Shown: piece by piece, positions 59,863 through 64,000 of the stretch
How the letters are laid out: the number at the start of each line of letters is the position of its first letter
Numbering within the stretch: position 1 is the stretch's first letter
Source: Flavobacteriales bacterium
Lineage (GTDB): Bacteria > Bacteroidota > Bacteroidia > Palsa-965
Direction of reading: 5' to 3'
Assembly: GCA_040377305.1 (NCBI GenBank)
Contig: JBEIPA010000013.1
Coordinates: 32,001-96,000 of the forward strand
DNA length: 64,000 nt
Translations under genes and position numbers: made by a program
The notes under the pieces: model-generated
Databases searched by the model: none
The model's input: only the letters and a program-made list of their open reading frames with translations
What the model was told of the DNA's origin: nothing

Positions 59863-62205
59863 ATGAAGTCAATATTGTACCTAACGGGCTTTCTTCTTGC
59901 AAATTTCCTCTTTCTTTCTGAGATAAGTGCGCAACAAACGTTTGTAAACGGCTCTGTGACCGATAGTGCCTCAGGAGAGGCTTTAATCGGCGTTATTGTG
60001 ACCACTTCTCAAGGCAAGGGCGGGGTTACGGACATTAATGGAAACTTTCACGTCGAAGCGACCTCCGGGGAAATTGAGTTCACATTAAACTACACGGGTT
60101 ACCGCACACTCATTCAATCGCGTAATGTTATTGTGGAACAGGACGTGATGCTGGAATTCAAAATGGTGCGCACGAGCAAGGAACTGAATGTGGTCGTGGT
60201 TTCGTCCGGGCGTTACGAACAGAAAATTGGTGAGGTGCCGATTTCAATGGAAGTCATAAAGCCCGCACTTATCCAGAACAAGAATACGACGAACATCAAC
60301 CAGGTAATTGATCAGACTCCGGGCGTGAATGTTACCGATGACCAGGCAAATATTCGCGGAGGAAGCGGATTCAGTTATGGAAGTGGTTCGCGTGTACTGC
60401 TTGTTGTTGATGACATGCCTATGCTTTCCGGTGATGCGCAGGATGTAAAATGGAATTATCTCCCGATTGAAAACGTTTCTCAGATTGAAGTAATGAAAGG
60501 AGCATCGTCTGCACTCTTCGGTTCATCTGCTTTGAATGGAGTAATTCATTTCCGTACTGCTTACCCAACGAGTAAACCGGCTACAAACATTACCATGTTC
60601 TCCGGTTTCTATGATGAGCCTCAGCGTGCGTCGTTGAAGTGGTGGCCGAACGCAAATCCAATGTTCAGCGGAATCAACTTCGGACATTCCCGTCAGGTGA
60701 AGCAATGGGATTTGGTTTTCGGTGGACACATTTTCAACGATGATGGTTACCGCTATCTCGAAACAGAACAGCGTATGCGATTCAATATCAATACGCGGTA
60801 TCGTTTCAAAAAAGTTGACGGACTCACAGCGGGCATCAACGCAAACCTGATGCGCACACAAGGCGGTCTATTCATACTCTGGGAAAACGATTCACTCGCG
60901 TACACACCACTCGATTCAGGAATTCAGAATTACAAGAACTTCCGTTATAACGTTGATCCGTTTATTATTTATCGCGGACCGAAAGGACATAATCACGCAT
61001 TACGCACCCGTTTGTTTGTGACCGATAACAACAACGATACGGAACAAGGCTCTCTCGCCCAATTCTATTACGGAGAGTACCAGTATCAGTTTCGCTTCAA
61101 AAATGAAGTGGCGTTCACTGCAGGACTTGTCGGTTCATACACGCACGTTGTGTCTGATTTGTACGACGATGCCGCAGACGGAGTAGGAATTGATTCAGCT
61201 GCGCCGCGCATTGGCAGAAACATGTCAGCGTATTTTCAGTTCGACAAAAAATTCTTCGACAAACTTTTTGTTACTGTGGGCGGTCGCTTCGAATATTATC
61301 GTCTCGATACTGCGGTTACGGAATATTCCATGGTGGTGAGGAATGATACGTTGCTTACAGTTCCTTTCCGTCCTGTTGTTCGAATTGGAGTGAACTATCA
61401 GATTGCAGAAGCGACATACATCCGCACTTCATACGGACAAGGTTATCGTTTCCCCTGCATTGCCGAGAAGTACGTGCGTACGAGTGCCGGTGGATTGGAA
61501 ATTTATCCGAATGAAAAACTTCAGCCGGAGTACGGTCATTCAGCTGAAATCGGAATCAAACAAGGAGTCGTAATAGGAAACTGGAAAGGTTATGCCGATG
61601 CTGCAATATTCTGGATGCAGTATTCGAACATGATGGAATTCAAATTCGGTGCGTACGGAAATCCGTTGACAGATCCGTTGTTCGGTTTCGGATTTCAAAG
61701 TGTAAACATTGGGCCAACGCGCGTGCGGGGAGTTGATTTCTCCATCATGGGCGAAGGAAAAATTGGCATGCTGGATGTTACCTTGCTTGCAGGATACACC
61801 TATATGGATCCGCGATCACTCGCTTACAACGCCGCAGTCGATACGCTAAGCTCTACAGCAAACTATAACGTACTGAAGTATCGCTACCGTCACCTCGCGA
61901 AGTTTGATTGCGAAGTGAGCTACAAGAAATTCTCTGTCGGATTAAGTGCGCGTTACAACAGCTACATGGAAGCTATCGACAAAATATTCGTGCAGGTAGA
62001 CAACATTATTCCGGGAATCAAAGACTATCGTGAGATTCACAACAAGGGCGATATTCAGTTTGACTCGCGTATGATGTATCGCATCAATGAAACATTGCGG
62101 GTGTCGCTAATTACAAACAACATCTTCAACCGCGAGTGTACATCACGTCCTTCGGATGTACTGGCGCCACGCAATTTTGCTTTCCAGGTGCAGCTGAAAT
62201 TCTAG
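59863..62205 (+). CDS. TonB-dependent receptor with N-terminal carboxypeptidase-regulatory-like domain
   Basis: Start set at MKSILY; plug motifs IRG, IEVMKGASSALFGS; C-terminal Phe. Confidence 0.92.
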   Translation: MKSILYLTGFLLANFLFLSEISAQQTFVNGSVTDSASGEALIGVIVTTSQGKGGVTDINGNFHVEATSGEIEFTLNYTGYRTLIQSRNVIVEQDVMLEFKMVRTSKELNVVVVSSGRYEQKIGEVPISMEVIKPALIQNKNTTNINQVIDQTPGVNVTDDQANIRGGSGFSYGSGSRVLLVVDDMPMLSGDAQDVKWNYLPIENVSQIEVMKGASSALFGSSALNGVIHFRTAYPTSKPATNITMFSGFYDEPQRASLKWWPNANPMFSGINFGHSRQVKQWDLVFGGHIFNDDGYRYLETEQRMRFNINTRYRFKKVDGLTAGINANLMRTQGGLFILWENDSLAYTPLDSGIQNYKNFRYNVDPFIIYRGPKGHNHALRTRLFVTDNNNDTEQGSLAQFYYGEYQYQFRFKNEVAFTAGLVGSYTHVVSDLYDDAADGVGIDSAAPRIGRNMSAYFQFDKKFFDKLFVTVGGRFEYYRLDTAVTEYSMVVRNDTLLTVPFRPVVRIGVNYQIAEATYIRTSYGQGYRFPCIAEKYVRTSAGGLEIYPNEKLQPEYGHSAEIGIKQGVVIGNWKGYADAAIFWMQYSNMMEFKFGAYGNPLTDPLFGFGFQSVNIGPTRVRGVDFSIMGEGKIGMLDVTLLAGYTYMDPRSLAYNAAVDTLSSTANYNVLKYRYRHLAKFDCEVSYKKFSVGLSARYNSYMEAIDKIFVQVDNIIPGIKDYREIHNKGDIQFDSRMMYRINETLRVSLITNNIFNRECTSRPSDVLAPRNFAFQVQLKF

Positions 62206-62210
62206 GCTGT

Positions 62211-62361
62211 TTTACCTCATAGGATCATAGCCCTTTGTTTTCTTGTTGGGCGAAAGAACTACATAGTTCACAAGAGAATATCGCTGCGCGATATTTCTCG
62301 TGTGTTCTATGATCGCGTAGCGCCTTAGCACCTAACGAAAACTATGTTCCTATGTGGTAAA
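62211..62361. repeat. Long imperfect intergenic palindrome
   Basis: tttacctcataggatcatag / ctatgttcctatgtggtaaa outer arms; inner gagaatatcgc-tgc-gcgatatttctc. Confidence 0.75.
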
Positions 62362-62506
62362 TTTCACACCTCTTAACAGGCGGACCGAAAACACTTATCC
62401 GTCCAAACTGCTACACTGTTAATTCTATTGCTCCATTTGCGGATTTGGCCCGTAAGTCACATGTCATTTGGCGCAAATTGGTGTTATAATAGAAAGTAAC
62501 ACCAGC

Positions 62507-63181
62507 ATGAACGCCGTCCAAAGCCCGCTGAAATTAACATTGAGTACCACCCTGAAGATTATTTTCTGGGTGCCGACCATTTTCCTGAGTCTGCTGCTGG
62601 TGTGGAATACCATTCCGTATTTCACGTTCAACGAAAATCTTCCTTTTCTGAAAGAGCGGGCAGTGCTGCTTGAGAAATCAGTTTGGAAGATTTGTTTCTA
62701 CACGCACATTTCCGCAGGCGCGTTCTGCATCACAACAGCGCTTATTCAGTTTTCTTCTTTTATTCTGAAGAAGCGCAAGAAGATTCACATCATCTCCGGA
62801 AAAATATATGTGTTCGTGGTTTTGCTCATCGGGGCACCGAGCGGATTGTACATGACCTACTTTGCAAAAGGCGGATACGCAGAACGAGGAGCATTCCTGG
62901 CAATGGCCGTGTTCTGGTTCTTCACCACCTACAAAGGATTTGTAACAGCTGCACGCGATAGAAATTTCGTTGCACACAAACACTGGATGATCCGCTCGTA
63001 TGCAATGGCATTAACCGCAGTTACATTCCGCATTTATCACATTTTGTTCGCTGACTTAGGAATGAACTCTTTCAACAACTATTCTCTTTCACTTTGGATA
63101 AGCATCATCGGCAATTGGCTGGTGGCGGAATTCGTAATCTACTTACAGTCTAAAAACTATCTAAAAACTTATTTATCATGA
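62507..63181 (+). CDS. DUF2306-like membrane protein
   Basis: FYTHI, H...GKIY, HKHWMIRSYA..L.AVTFR; start set at MNAVQ. Confidence 0.85.
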   Translation: MNAVQSPLKLTLSTTLKIIFWVPTIFLSLLLVWNTIPYFTFNENLPFLKERAVLLEKSVWKICFYTHISAGAFCITTALIQFSSFILKKRKKIHIISGKIYVFVVLLIGAPSGLYMTYFAKGGYAERGAFLAMAVFWFFTTYKGFVTAARDRNFVAHKHWMIRSYAMALTAVTFRIYHILFADLGMNSFNNYSLSLWISIIGNWLVAEFVIYLQSKNYLKTYLS

Positions 63182-63486
63182 AGTACTTCCTCTCCACCTG
63201 CATTGCACTGATGTTTGTTGCTGGCATTTACGGCGCAACTGATATGACACGTGACATCAAAAACGACGAACTCATCGACTACGAACACGTGCGCGATCGT
63301 CACGCGAAGAATTTATTGTTCATCATCAAGACAACCGGACTCGGCACATACAAATTCCGTTCGTATGCGAAAGAGTCGAAGGAGAATGAAGTGAAAGAAA
63401 CAAAAGTAGAAGAACAGGTAGAAGGAAAAGAGAAATCTGCGATGGAGTATTTTGAAGAATTCAGCCGCGGATGTGAAGATTGTTAA
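63178..63486 (+). CDS. Hypothetical protein
   Basis: ATGA overlap with upstream gene; N-terminal hydrophobic segment. Confidence 0.65.
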   Translation: MKYFLSTCIALMFVAGIYGATDMTRDIKNDELIDYEHVRDRHAKNLLFIIKTTGLGTYKFRSYAKESKENEVKETKVEEQVEGKEKSAMEYFEEFSRGCEDC

Positions 63487-63600
63487 AAGTGTACCCGGCT
63501 TTGTAACTTTTCAAACATGCCACTGTTATACTATCGGCGACCACGGAACTGCTATCGGTCGCCGGTGGACCTGGCCTGGACCGCAGCCTTGCTCCACGAC

Positions 63601-63640
63601 AAAAAAACCTACCGGGATGTCCTCCTTGGTGGGTTTTTTT
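63601..63640. terminator. Bidirectional intrinsic terminator
   Basis: aaaaaaacctaccggg...cttggtgggttttttt between convergent genes. Confidence 0.75.
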
Positions 63641-63659
63641 ATGTGGCGTCAGGTCCCGT

Positions 63660-63694
63660 TAAACCTTAAAGGTTTTTAAAACCTTTAAGGTTTA
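63660..63694. repeat. REP-like palindrome overlapping the gpmI stop
   Basis: taaaccttaaaggtttt-t-aaaacctttaaggttta. Confidence 0.7.
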
Positions 63695-64000
63695 TACGAG
63701 TGCGGTTCCAGTCATTTCTTTGGGCGACCCGATCTCCATCAATTTCAACAACGTCGGTGCAACATCCGCCAAACGTCCGTTCTGAATATTCGTGTATCGG
63801 TCATCAAGGAGAATACACGGAACAGGATTCGTGGTATGTGCAGTGTTTGGTGTTCCGTCAGGATTCACCATGTAATCTGCGTTGCCGTGATCGGCGATGA
63901 TGATGAAAGAGTAGTTATGTTTCTTTCCCGCTTCAACTACTTGTTTGAGACAAGCATCAACGGTCTCGAGTGCTTTCACCACTGCAGAAAAAACGCCGGT
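63692..64000 (-). CDS. gpmI: 2,3-bisphosphoglycerate-independent phosphoglycerate mutase (3' part, truncated by window edge)
   Basis: IADHGNAD, NTAHTTNPVP, LADVAPT, MTG. Confidence 0.93.
   Translation of the reverse strand, partial: TGVFSAVVKALETVDACLKQVVEAGKKHNYSFIIIADHGNADYMVNPDGTPNTAHTTNPVPCILLDDRYTNIQNGRLADVAPTLLKLMEIGSPKEMTGTALV

Overview
64 kb chromosomal segment of a Bacteroidota bacterium, judged from T9SS C-terminal domains, TAnnTTTG -7 promoter boxes and the rplM-rpsI-rpsB-tsf-pyrH-frr cluster. Housekeeping genes (rfbA, polyprenyl synthase, kbl, purT, dprA, gpmI, SF1 helicase) alternate with paralog expansions: three tandem MORN-repeat/TonB_C proteins, four TPR-PP2C(SpoIIE) phosphatases and several T9SS cargo proteins. 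Also present are a HipBA-type pair, an ECF sigma/anti-sigma pair, a chrA-sulfotransferase-arylsulfate sulfotransferase-radical SAM run and a YHYH-MORN-SCO operon. I found no rRNA, tRNA, CRISPR array, integrase or transposase. The most unusual signals are non-coding: (1) a ~121-bp structured element that duplicates or replaces the 3' end of two adjacent PP2C genes at the same catalytic DDV motif; (2) a GxxExxY nuclease gene and a 32-aa ORF each enclosed in long inverted repeats, plus several empty inverted-repeat shells; (3) a leader peptide/terminator/antiterminator arrangement heading a cluster of unannotated small ORFs; (4) a nested inverted-repeat element present at two loci. All calls were made by eye without database searches, and several start codons were re-assigned relative to the ORF track.
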